Notes under the pieces: model-generated | Seen by the model: the letters and a program-made list of their open reading frames with translations, nothing else | Told to the model about the DNA's origin: nothing | Databases searched by the model: none | Part shown: positions 1 through 8,710 of the stretch, piece after piece | Position numbering within the stretch: the stretch's first letter is position 1 | How the letters are laid out: each line of letters opens with the position of its first letter | Sequence record: PP793740.1 | Direction: 5' to 3' (one strand) | Length of the DNA stretch: 64,000 nucleotides | Translations under genes and position numbers: made by a program

Positions 1-232
1 CATCTTTGAGTTTAGCAGAGTTGTTGAGCATAAGCACACCAACTTCATCTGCGCTATGACCTTCACTCATTCGAAATACAGCTTGTTTAGTAATGGTTTC
101 AACCATTGCACACGACTGCACAGTGAGTTGAGCATCTTTTTTACCAATCTTGATTTCAGCCATTGCGGTATTGAACATGATACCGGTAATGGCAATGAGA
201 CCAGCGAAAGCTGCTGCAATTACATTTTTCAT
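1..232 (-). CDS. Exported helical protein, signal-peptide/Cys family (partial, runs off the window; not in ORF track)
   Basis: Manual translation MKNVIAAAFAGLIAITGIMFNTAMA-EIKIGKKDAQLTVQSCAMVETITKQAVFRMSEGHS...; Sec-type signal peptide; open to position 1. Confidence 0.8.
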   Translation of the reverse strand, partial: MKNVIAAAFAGLIAITGIMFNTAMAEIKIGKKDAQLTVQSCAMVETITKQAVFRMSEGHSADEVGVLMLNNSAKLKD

Positions 233-249
233 TTTAAATCCTTCTTCAT

Positions 250-633
250 TTATTTAATGGTAAGAATAGTAATTTTTTCAGGATTTACTGGAACTTTAAT
301 TTTAGATTTATGTTGGAGAAACTCAACAACCACCATAGACTTATCCATTTTATACACTTCACATACTTTGACAAGCCTATCTACTACGCAACCAATTTTA
401 CCGGCATTTTGAGAAAAGAAAGATTTTGCTTTTCTAATAGCCTCGCGTTTCTCAAGCATTTCCATACGCATATTTTCAATATGTTTATCGCGTTGAACAC
501 GATTAAACTTACGCATATGTCGTTCGATCTTACTAATTTCAGAAGAGTGTAATGAATAAGCAGCAGCTTCTTTCAGTTTCTCATATACTTCCACTGCCAT
601 TACCACGTGATCATCTTCAAAATTTCTTTTCAT
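250..633 (-). CDS. Hypothetical protein, paralog of 25349..25951
   Basis: ORF with RBS; HMRKFN...IRKAKSFF aligns by eye with HVRKMN...IREARAFF. Confidence 0.75.
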   Translation of the reverse strand: MKRNFEDDHVVMAVEVYEKLKEAAAYSLHSSEISKIERHMRKFNRVQRDKHIENMRMEMLEKREAIRKAKSFFSQNAGKIGCVVDRLVKVCEVYKMDKSMVVVEFLQHKSKIKVPVNPEKITILTIK

Positions 634-646
634 ATCTATGCCTTTT

Positions 647-1441
647 TCACTGTTTGATTAAATTTGACACTGCTTCTTGTTTACATTGAGTATTCATCCA
701 TAATGCAATGTCTTTGGGTTCTTGTCCAGTTTCCACCATATCGATAATGATACGGGTATTACGTTGTGCTTTCTCACGGGCATTTAACATATCAGGATCA
801 TTAATAATGAATTCCCTACCCATAACTGGATCTAATCCAATATAAGCTTTAGATGCAATAGTTCTCACCATTGCTTCATATTGGTCACATCCACGTTCAG
901 TTAATACAAGGTTATCTGCATTGGCACTACCGCCAAATAGCAAACCTAGGAATCCATAGAAAAAAGTGTGACGTATTGTCTTCCAACAAATACGCATCTC
1001 TTCATTTTTTGTATAAAGCTTTTCCCAATCAAACATTAAATAGAAACTTTCTTTTTGGATAGAAGGGTGTAACCAAATAGGTTTAATACTTACTTCAAGA
1101 AGTTTACTATTTGGATTTTTACCAATAAAGATAACTTCAACAATGGCTCGTGCTAAAGCATCTTTTTCTTTACCATTCCATCCAAATTTTATTTCATCAG
1201 CCGTGATATAAAGACGTATTCCGTCACCCACGTATTTGGGTAACCAAACAGCTTTACCTAGTTGCATTGGAACACTATTAGGGATCCCCCCAACCATCCA
1301 GGTAGCATTGGTGAAATGAATAGCGACATCATCATTTAACCACTTTAGAATAGCTGGCCTTACCCAGCTATCTACCAAATTACCACATGTCAATGCAGCT
1401 AGCATAGCCATGAGTATAATGACAATATAAATACTAACCAT
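647..1441 (-). CDS. Membrane-anchored protein apparently fused to an exported helical Cys-family protein (internal start at 997)
   Basis: N-terminal TM segment; internal second signal peptide MRICWKTIRHTFFYGFLGLLFGGSANA preceded by GAAGAG. Confidence 0.7.
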   Translation of the reverse strand: MVSIYIVIILMAMLAALTCGNLVDSWVRPAILKWLNDDVAIHFTNATWMVGGIPNSVPMQLGKAVWLPKYVGDGIRLYITADEIKFGWNGKEKDALARAIVEVIFIGKNPNSKLLEVSIKPIWLHPSIQKESFYLMFDWEKLYTKNEEMRICWKTIRHTFFYGFLGLLFGGSANADNLVLTERGCDQYEAMVRTIASKAYIGLDPVMGREFIINDPDMLNAREKAQRNTRIIIDMVETGQEPKDIALWMNTQCKQEAVSNLIKQ

Positions 1442-1444
1442 ATT

Positions 1445-1804
1445 CTACTCCAAGTTAAATTTAGTACCAATTGCTTCAACACAGTTTTCAGCTAGCCTAT
1501 CTAGAATAGCTCCATTGGTAAATCCTTTTCGTTTATTTACGCGAATATCAACTAAGTTTAATTTAGCATATACGGTACCTGCATAGAACTCTAAGTCATC
1601 CATATCCTTACGAGAGATCATATCTAACTGCATCATTATCTCAAATTGGGATAGGTTCTTATCATAAAGCTCAGTTGCTTTTTGTGAAAGATTTACTGCC
1701 ACATTACATGATTTCTTAGTAATACCCACTTCTACAGCGTGGGCAGGCTGACATGCAATGGACAGGATTGGCAGGAAAAGGAATAATAGCCAATTCTTAA
1801 GCAT
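1445..1804 (-). CDS. Exported helical protein, signal-peptide/two-Cys family
   Basis: Signal peptide ending AHA; Cys near mature N-terminus and near C-terminus. Confidence 0.8.
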   Translation of the reverse strand: MLKNWLLFLFLPILSIACQPAHAVEVGITKKSCNVAVNLSQKATELYDKNLSQFEIMMQLDMISRKDMDDLEFYAGTVYAKLNLVDIRVNKRKGFTNGAILDRLAENCVEAIGTKFNLE

Positions 1805-1816
1805 GTTGTACCTCCA

Positions 1817-2224
1817 TTATTTTAGAGTAAGTGGTTTTGCTTCAAACGCACCTGCCGCTACACAACGCTGGAAATAACCATCAATGATGAATTTCTCAGG
1901 AGTGGTCTTATAGACTTTAGCAGCATTTGTTGCACGTGGCAAACTTGCCTCAATTGCCATTTTATCTACCTTAGACCATAGGTAAAATAGACCAGTGAGT
2001 TCTTCAACTTTAGACTGGTTGGTCTTTAGATCTTTAGTGTTATTAAGGATATAATGAATCCTTTCATAAGTCTTCATTTGCACTTCAGTTACAGATGCAC
2101 CTTTTACAAACAATTCATCTGCCTGTTTTACAAACTCGATGCATGAATCACGATTAGTGTACATGACAGCCGAGTTAGCAGTGATAGTTACAATAGACAA
2201 CATAAATGCAATTACATATTTCAT
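1817..2224 (-). CDS. Exported helical protein, signal-peptide/two-Cys family
   Basis: Signal peptide ending ANS; SC...RC pattern. Confidence 0.8.
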   Translation of the reverse strand: MKYVIAFMLSIVTITANSAVMYTNRDSCIEFVKQADELFVKGASVTEVQMKTYERIHYILNNTKDLKTNQSKVEELTGLFYLWSKVDKMAIEASLPRATNAAKVYKTTPEKFIIDGYFQRCVAAGAFEAKPLTLK

Positions 2225-2250
2225 AATGAATTACCTCAAAATTAATTTTA

Positions 2251-2514
2251 TTAACTATTGGTTTCACCACGAGTATTGAATTCTAAATCCAATACAACTT
2301 TAGTAAATTCTTCCAGTGCACCACCCTCGTAGATGAGTGGGTCACTGTCACCCCGGTACATGCTACCTACCGGTACTTGACCACGAAACACCATCAGCAT
2401 ATCGTTTTTTACTATGACATGATGTTCATCCCCGACAGCAATGTCTTGGATGTGTCTCCAGCGTTCACGCAGTAAGCTGCAAGCGCACCATACGGATTTC
2501 AAACGTTCAGTCAT
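2251..2514 (-). CDS. Hypothetical protein (early)
   Basis: ORF with GAGG RBS directly downstream of a TATATTAC motif. Confidence 0.75.
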   Translation of the reverse strand: MTERLKSVWCACSLLRERWRHIQDIAVGDEHHVIVKNDMLMVFRGQVPVGSMYRGDSDPLIYEGGALEEFTKVVLDLEFNTRGETNS

Positions 2515-2547
2515 TGTATTGCCCTCTTGGTTATTAAATTCATATTT

Positions 2548-2555
2548 GTAATATA
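2548..2555 (-). promoter_or_regulatory. phiKZ-type early promoter motif TATATTAC
   Basis: Exact match on minus strand, between a terminator and the next gene. Confidence 0.75.
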
Positions 2556-2594
2556 GCTTTTTAAATAGTTTAAATACAAAAAAAGATAAATAAA

Positions 2595-2614
2595 ACCCTC
2601 CCCGAAGGGAGGGT
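2595..2614 (-). terminator. Intrinsic terminator, UUCG loop
   Basis: ACCCTCCC-TTCG-GGGAGGGT followed by T-run on minus strand. Confidence 0.85.
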
Positions 2615-2632
2615 GTATATTAAGTAATTATT

Positions 2633-3289
2633 TTAACATACAATTTCATTATCAGAAAATAGTTTATTATATTCTTTTAGTGCATCCCCACCAACCATAG
2701 TACACCTGCCATAGAGAACAGATATAGCCAGATCTTTAATAGCGGGGTGACAATTATTTAACTTACTGATTAGTTGAGCTTTCTCAGTCAGATACAGTTC
2801 AGCAAAATCAGGCTTATCATTAACAATCGACCACATGTTTGAAATGGAATCTAGTAACTTAAGAGATTGACCACTCCATGAAATGCGAGAAAGTCTTTCA
2901 TGTTGTAAACTAATCCTAGTTTTACGATTACCTTCGTAAGTTACATTTGTTAGTTCAGTTACTAAATTAACAACAGGGATTGAGAATAGTTTAGTTAGAT
3001 CAGAAGCAGTTACAGCAGTATCCTCAATTACATCATGTAACCATGCTGCTTTATAAGCAGCGTGAGATAGGTCGAATAATTGCGCCATCTCAGCTACTTG
3101 TAATAAATGATGCCAGTAAGGTTTTCCTGAACCATCTCGCAATTGACCAACAGCAGTATGTGCCGCAATGGCATATGATGCAGCCATTGCATTACCCGCA
3201 TTGGAATATTTGCCATTACCTAGATGGTTAGTTAAGAGAATATTCTCTTTCCCTCCTTCTAGAATATCGATAATTTCATTCATTAGCAT
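2633..3289 (-). CDS. HD-domain RelA/SpoT/Mesh1-like (p)ppGpp hydrolase (stand-alone small alarmone hydrolase)
   Basis: H..Q.R.GSGKPY..H...V, AAWLHDVIEDT, V..LVTELT, LKLLDSISN motifs. Confidence 0.85.
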   Translation of the reverse strand: MLMNEIIDILEGGKENILLTNHLGNGKYSNAGNAMAASYAIAAHTAVGQLRDGSGKPYWHHLLQVAEMAQLFDLSHAAYKAAWLHDVIEDTAVTASDLTKLFSIPVVNLVTELTNVTYEGNRKTRISLQHERLSRISWSGQSLKLLDSISNMWSIVNDKPDFAELYLTEKAQLISKLNNCHPAIKDLAISVLYGRCTMVGGDALKEYNKLFSDNEIVC

Positions 3290-3319
3290 AGCTATATTCC
3301 TATTTAAATTATTGGAAAC

Positions 3320-3754
3320 CTAATATAGGTCTTCACTAAATAAATATTTAGTTACTAATCTATTTTCTAATTCAGCTCGATATAACTGATTATTATTCTT
3401 AGCGATAATTACTGCTTCTTCCCTAGAGTGGAAGTTTTCATACTGATCAATAAAACCTTGTTCATGATCATCTCCTGCATATTCATGCAATACCTTAAGA
3501 CCACCATACATTAGCTGTTGTTGAGTCATTATGATTGATGAATGCCTCGCTGCAATGAAATAAACATCCTTCCATCTATTGCAGGCGGCAACTATCCTTA
3601 ATTTCACATCGGGATGTTGTTCCCACCACCATAGACCAGTTTCCTCATTCCAATACCTTTCTTTCATTTGAGTTTTTCTAAACTCGCCTTGTATGTCTAA
3701 AAGTCTAAATGCCTCTTCTTTAGACATAGCTTGTAGAATAGGATACTTATCCAT
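3320..3754 (-). CDS. Conserved phage hypothetical protein
   Basis: ORF; QGFIDQYENFHSREEA motif recalled from a widespread phage family. Confidence 0.75.
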   Translation of the reverse strand: MDKYPILQAMSKEEAFRLLDIQGEFRKTQMKERYWNEETGLWWWEQHPDVKLRIVAACNRWKDVYFIAARHSSIIMTQQQLMYGGLKVLHEYAGDDHEQGFIDQYENFHSREEAVIIAKNNNQLYRAELENRLVTKYLFSEDLY

Positions 3755-3783
3755 TTAATACAGATACCTAATTGCGAAATAGA

Positions 3784-3803
3784 AAGAGCCCCGAAGGGCT
3801 CTT
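3784..3803 (-). terminator. Intrinsic terminator, UUCG loop
   Basis: AAGAGCCC-TTCG-GGGCTCTT. Confidence 0.85.
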
Positions 3804-3804
3804 A

Positions 3805-4161
3805 TTATACAAGTAGCTTTTCAATAGTGAAGCTTGTCCAGACCATTGCCCTATAACCAACACTCTCTTCAGTATAAGTGATATCATCAAACTTATTAGG
3901 TGGCATGAAACCACGTTGTGTACTAGCATCAGTCACAACAAGATTAGAATCTTTTAAAGTTTCATTTAGAGCCTTAAGTTTATCCTTACTAATTGATCCC
4001 TTAACATGGAACTTAAAATAAGCATAGCCTTTATGATTGATACGACAACTGTCAAGAACAGTTTGTTTATCATTCATTTGACTCATCAGATCACTAATAA
4101 CTGCATCATCTACAGGAGTATCATCATTGACAATATTGATTAATTCAATATAAGTTGGCAT
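3805..4161 (-). CDS. Hypothetical protein
   Basis: ORF with AAGGA RBS. Confidence 0.75.
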   Translation of the reverse strand: MPTYIELINIVNDDTPVDDAVISDLMSQMNDKQTVLDSCRINHKGYAYFKFHVKGSISKDKLKALNETLKDSNLVVTDASTQRGFMPPNKFDDITYTEESVGYRAMVWTSFTIEKLLV

Positions 4162-4218
4162 TCTTTTTGTTTCCTTAATTAGATAAACTACATAAGATAA
4201 TTTTTAATTGATATTCTA

Positions 4219-5118
4219 TTAAATTTTTAATAGGAGTCCACTGTGATTAAATGAGATAATACAGTTATGTCCCATCATGGCAATATGATAAGATATTATA
4301 TTATCACGTGTATCATTTGAAATCTTGTTCACCTTAAATTCATTCATGATCGCATTATGAATGGCTAAGTCTTTTTCTCGATACTGCTTTGAGAAAAACA
4401 TAATATCATTATGATTAATATTGATAGTATCCATTGTATTAAGAAAATCTTCAACATCAAACTTTTTAATAGTTTCAGATTTTCCAACACAACGCTCGGT
4501 TTTATCAATTAATGAAAAACCAATAGTCCTAATTGGTTCATCCTTATTATGGAAGCTATAATTGGTAATACTCATACCTACCAATAGTCCATTTTTATCT
4601 ACATTAACTACTTTAGAATCAGTGTACTTATAAATATCATTGATTGCATAACCAGCTGAATATAATACATCTTTAAAATGACTAGTTACTTTATCAATAA
4701 TAAAGTTTTGATAATCTGATTGATATAGTTTATCACTATATTCAAGCTTTTTGATAATATCACTTAGTTCATGATACACATTAGTAAAACTATTCGAAAA
4801 ATAATTATCTTTTATTCCTAACCTAGTTAACAGATCTAGCTGGATTTCTTTTTTAGATAGTTTCGTAGAATTACTAAGTTTTTCAATGACGGATGTAATT
4901 GTACGTAGATCAATTGCTAGTGAAAGTGATTTAAAGATATTATTAATTGGTGTATCAGATAGCTTTGAAATAGCTATTAGTAGATTATCTAATTCATCAT
5001 TAGTAATTTTCAGTTCTTTCACAATGTCATTATATTCAATTAGTTTACCATCAATAATATTACAGATTAGAAGTTTATGTAATTCTTTAATAGTGGTATT
5101 AACTTGTAGATTATTCAT
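4219..5118 (-). CDS. Hypothetical protein
   Basis: 299-codon ORF, very AT-rich. Confidence 0.8.
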
Positions 5119-5138
5119 TTTTTTACCTTTTAGTTAAT

Positions 5139-5576
5139 TTAAAATTTATTTACAGTTCTAAGAAAATATTCAGATGGATCGTCGAAGAAGACAATACTAT
5201 CAACAACACTATTTTGTCGAGTACACCTTACTTTGATAAGATTATATTCTCTGAATTTATTAAGACCCCAAGCTTCTTTAGCACGATGGCGTAATCCACT
5301 ACCAACAATAGCCCCATACCTAGTTTGTTCAACAAATAAATAAACATCCCAGCCATGATGATTATCATGGTATTTTGCGTAGTATTTATTGTCTTTAGTT
5401 TTGTTTAAACTAAGACTATACCTTTCTGTCTGTAGTTGATTAATATTCGATTTAATCATTTCATTTAATTTGGGTTCCACTATATGAATGACATCGCCAG
5501 CAGTAGTGGCCATTACCTTTAGTTTGTGATGCACGTTCGTAAGAACGTCCTCCCAAATGTTAGTAACTACGTCCAT
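5139..5576 (-). CDS. Hypothetical protein (early)
   Basis: ORF with GAGG RBS downstream of early promoter. Confidence 0.75.
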   Translation of the reverse strand: MDVVTNIWEDVLTNVHHKLKVMATTAGDVIHIVEPKLNEMIKSNINQLQTERYSLSLNKTKDNKYYAKYHDNHHGWDVYLFVEQTRYGAIVGSGLRHRAKEAWGLNKFREYNLIKVRCTRQNSVVDSIVFFDDPSEYFLRTVNKF

Positions 5577-5621
5577 CTATTAAAACCTCGACACATTAAT
5601 TTGATTTTGTAATACACACAT

Positions 5622-5629
5622 GTAATATA
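5622..5629 (-). promoter_or_regulatory. Early promoter motif TATATTAC
   Basis: Context TTTGAGATA-TATATTAC downstream of a terminator. Confidence 0.8.
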
Positions 5630-5630
5630 T

Positions 5631-5681
5631 ATCTCAAATAAAATTTAGTGCAATAGCCCTCCCCGAAGGGAGGGCTTTATG
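5631..5681. repeat. 51-bp exact direct repeat, copy 1 (terminator plus promoter-upstream cassette)
   Basis: atctcaaataaaatttagtgcaatagccctccccgaagggagggctttatg is identical to 21103..21153. Confidence 0.9.
5656..5675 (-). terminator. Intrinsic terminator, UUCG loop
   Basis: GCCCTCCC-TTCG-GGGAGGGC. Confidence 0.85.
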
Positions 5682-5687
5682 CTCTTA

Positions 5688-6017
5688 TTATCTGTTAACT
5701 ACACGGTAATTATCAATAATAAAATCGATATGTTGTTCAACCTCAGCTAGGAAACACCCATAGGTGAATCGATCTAGTTTATTAAGGGCCTCAGTTAGTA
5801 GAGGTTCGATATAAATATTTACTTCAGCTGTTGAGGGTACTTCTACATATTTGTTTTCATATTCGGTGAGTTTCTCTTTTACTTTTGTCAATTGCTTTTT
5901 ATAATAGATTTCCATAGCCAGTTCTTTATAAACTGAATGCACACCATTGCAAATGCTATAACCAAATGCCAGTCCGCCCAGCACCAGAATACCAGTAGAA
6001 ATAGTGGACATATTCAT
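5688..6017 (-). CDS. Early membrane-anchored protein with helical C-terminus (possible phiKZ gp241 counterpart)
   Basis: N-terminal hydrophobic segment, own promoter and terminator; gp number is a synteny inference only. Confidence 0.75.
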   Translation of the reverse strand: MNMSTISTGILVLGGLAFGYSICNGVHSVYKELAMEIYYKKQLTKVKEKLTEYENKYVEVPSTAEVNIYIEPLLTEALNKLDRFTYGCFLAEVEQHIDFIIDNYRVVNR

Positions 6018-6053
6018 GGTATATCTCCTTTTTTCAAGATTGAATTCACTGTT

Positions 6054-6061
6054 GTAATATA
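6054..6061 (-). promoter_or_regulatory. Early promoter motif TATATTAC
   Basis: TTTAAACAG-TATATTAC upstream of 6017. Confidence 0.8.
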
Positions 6062-6101
6062 CTGTTTAAATATGTTTGAATACAAAAAAACACAATATAA
6101 A

Positions 6102-6119
6102 ACCTCCCCGAAGGGAGGT
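6102..6119 (-). terminator. Intrinsic terminator, UUCG loop
   Basis: ACCTCCC-TTCG-GGGAGGT. Confidence 0.85.
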
Positions 6120-6146
6120 ATTTATGGTAACTTTGTAAAATACTTA

Positions 6147-6632
6147 TTATAGTTGAAAGTCTTTATCTTCTTCAATGATTTTATAACCTGGTGAATTAAC
6201 TATATTTTTATTTAAACGAACTCGTTCATCTACTAAGTATTTAACTACTTTAAGTAATTGACTTATCGACAGGTCATTATTTCCATCAGTATCTGATTTA
6301 AAGATACGACCACTGGTAGGTGAAGAATTTGTAAAACAAATACTACTTTCATCATCTACATAAATATCGTAATACCATACTGCATGTGGCTTTTCAGTAT
6401 TACTTATGACGAATACTAAAAATAGATCTTCATCATCACCTTGACCACACAGGATCCCGATATTTTTTCGATGCGTTATACCACCTGTAATTACCAGGCC
6501 ATTAACATCATCACTGAATTTAAATATACTATAACCACCTTCAAGTTTACCATTTTCAAAATACTGTAATAGTGCACCACCTACTACAGCACCCCATGAA
6601 AAGAAGTTATCTTTATTTAAAATATCAGTCAT
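6147..6632 (-). CDS. Hypothetical protein
   Basis: ORF; start moved to the ATG (MTDIL) behind a GAGGA RBS. Confidence 0.75.
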   Translation of the reverse strand: MTDILNKDNFFSWGAVVGGALLQYFENGKLEGGYSIFKFSDDVNGLVITGGITHRKNIGILCGQGDDEDLFLVFVISNTEKPHAVWYYDIYVDDESSICFTNSSPTSGRIFKSDTDGNNDLSISQLLKVVKYLVDERVRLNKNIVNSPGYKIIEEDKDFQL

Positions 6633-6753
6633 TTTAAAAATCCTCTTTGGGTTCAATAAGTCAAGAATAAAGAACAAACATATCAGTTAGGATATTTTTT
6701 GTTTATTCCATAATTATCTTTTAGACTAAATATAAGTTATAAAACAACATAAA

Positions 6754-6780
6754 AAGAGAGAGGAATTTATCCTCTCTCTT
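6754..6780 (-). terminator. Intrinsic terminator
   Basis: AAGAGAGAGGA/TCCTCTCTCTT inverted repeat. Confidence 0.75.
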
Positions 6781-6797
6781 TATGCAATCAAATAGTT

Positions 6798-6920
6798 TTA
6801 TTCTTTTTGCTTTTCTTTAGCTTCCCGCTTAGCTTTAAGCTCTGCGTTATTTAAACGCCATGCGGCTTGCATAGTAGCTAGATTGACAAATTTAGGCTGT
6901 TGCTTATTTTTAACTTTCAT
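6798..6920 (-). CDS. Small basic protein (40 aa, not in ORF track)
   Basis: MKVKNKQQPKFVNLATMQAAWRLNNAELKAKREAKEKQKE; GGA RBS; followed by a terminator. Confidence 0.6.
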   Translation of the reverse strand: MKVKNKQQPKFVNLATMQAAWRLNNAELKAKREAKEKQKE

Positions 6921-6991
6921 TTAATTATTCCAAATTTATTTCGAATGGTTAATCTAAACTATTAAATTGCTTCGTACTCTTCATACATTGT

Positions 6992-7285
6992 TCAATCCTC
7001 ATTTAGCTCAGCAATGTCTCTACTAATTTCAGTTAATTGTTCTTTTAATGAAATATTAATTTTAATCTCATTAAGAGTAAGTCTATTCCAACGCTTACGG
7101 GGATTACCACATAGCATACAACGAGACCTACCACAATTAAATGGATTATGTTTACGCCATTTACCTTTAGCTTTTGCTGAAGGATTGGTGTCGCCATAAC
7201 GACTTGCGGCTAGTGAGACATAATAATTAACTATACGAGTATTGTGATGATGATTGAGTTGTGCAGATAGTTTGTTGCTTGACAT
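6992..7285 (-). CDS. Small basic Cys-motif protein (CxxxxCxxC), possibly Zn-binding
   Basis: HNPFNCGRSRCMLCGNPRK motif. Confidence 0.75.
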   Translation of the reverse strand: MSSNKLSAQLNHHHNTRIVNYYVSLAASRYGDTNPSAKAKGKWRKHNPFNCGRSRCMLCGNPRKRWNRLTLNEIKINISLKEQLTEISRDIAELNED

Positions 7286-7374
7286 ATTTATACCCCACCT
7301 TAATACCCCTACCCCAATATGGAGTAGGGTAACGTATGTAATGGAGTATATTAGATGAATATGTTTTTAACATA

Positions 7375-7869
7375 TTAACTTTCCATGATATCAAGAATAT
7401 CTAGTAAACGGCCATGCACCGTCTTTAAGAAATTATAATCTTGATTATTTGTCCATCTAAAATGTTTTAATGCTTTGGTAGTATTTTCTAGGCAGTCGAC
7501 ATACTTATAAAGATTGATGGTATATGATCGATTATTAAGATTAGGATGAGTAGTAACTGGAATAATATAATTCAAGATAGTGTATTCATTAACAATACGA
7601 CTATTATCGTGTTCTACAATAATAGGCATTTTATCAATGTATTCTTGAGCTTCTTTTTCTTTTAGAATATAATCTTCCCGTTCAACAATCTCATGTAATA
7701 ATGGACCTAAGAAGTCCATTGGAATTTTACCATAGGTTTTGGTAAATTTCTTAATATCTTCATAAGTTACCTCTGGATTAGGATAGATATTATCCTTACG
7801 ATTAGTAACCATGTATAGTTTTTCTAGTACTAGGATATTCTCAATACATACTTCTTTTTTAAATAACAT
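7375..7869 (-). CDS. Hypothetical protein
   Basis: ORF with GGA RBS. Confidence 0.7.
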   Translation of the reverse strand: MLFKKEVCIENILVLEKLYMVTNRKDNIYPNPEVTYEDIKKFTKTYGKIPMDFLGPLLHEIVEREDYILKEKEAQEYIDKMPIIVEHDNSRIVNEYTILNYIIPVTTHPNLNNRSYTINLYKYVDCLENTTKALKHFRWTNNQDYNFLKTVHGRLLDILDIMES

Positions 7870-7929
7870 AGTATATTTCCTTTTAATAAGATGGTATTAG
7901 ACTTTTTTCTTTATTGACTAATATTTTCT

Positions 7930-8652
7930 TCATTCGGTACCAGGTAGTTTTACGAATGTGTCGAGCTTGTACTGGTCAACAAAATGCCAGGCTAGGTCGG
8001 TAAGTGCATAGATGTCCGGACGTTTATATTTACCGAAGTTGGGTTTCTCTTTAGCCAGATGGAAGTCAATGAACCGATCCAGAACTGGGCAACGATCAAT
8101 CAGATCCTATTCAGTAGCTCCAACCTTAGCGTTAACCAATTCTTGGATACGTTTATACAAGATAGGATCTGACAGGATAGGTAACAGTTCATGGAAAACC
8201 ATGGGCGGATGTTCATGGCTAGTCTCAACCCACAATGCTGCAAGGAGAGGACGCAATGAATAGAAGTATTTCTTCATCCGAACCTTCTCATCTGACAACC
8301 AACGCATTTTGTTTTGTTTGGCCATCGAGATATAATGCATGTAACTCGATACAATGGATCACCGAGTTCTGCCAAGCGCTCGTTGACCTTATCGAGGAAG
8401 TAAGGTGAGATCGGGTTGATAGCCTTACCAGCAGTATCCATCAGTAGATTGTCGATAAGGAATGCCGTGGTATATTTCCTGACAGCTGCTTCAAAATCAG
8501 CCATTGATTGATGGTAACCGAGAGCTGGAAGATCATCCAAATAGAGCTTCTTCATCTCAGTATAATTGGGTAAAGCGAACCATTGGGAGATAACTTTCTC
8601 ACCAACTTTGATATTTTCAATATTACTGGGTAGATCACTTTTTTACAAACAT
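7930..8652 (-). pseudogene. Disrupted gene with RlaP/YcgL (PF10127-like) nucleotidyltransferase C-terminal half
   Basis: HYISMAKQN...KKYFYSLRPLLAALW...PPMVFHELL...GATE*DLIDRCPVLDRFI matches the family C-terminus; two frame breaks plus an in-frame TAG. Confidence 0.7.
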
Positions 8653-8680
8653 TTGGACCTCACATGTTTACGATATAAAA

Positions 8681-8700
8681 GGGAGTCCAAATGGACTCCC
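8681..8700 (-). terminator. Intrinsic terminator
   Basis: GGGAGTCC/GGACTCCC with T-tail on minus strand. Confidence 0.8.
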
Positions 8701-8710
8701 GATATACTGT

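Noticed and set aside
8274-8555. Track ORFs 8274..8555 and 8107..8340 as independent genes
   Set aside because: Better explained as fragments of one disrupted gene; neither ATG has the strong RBS found at 8652
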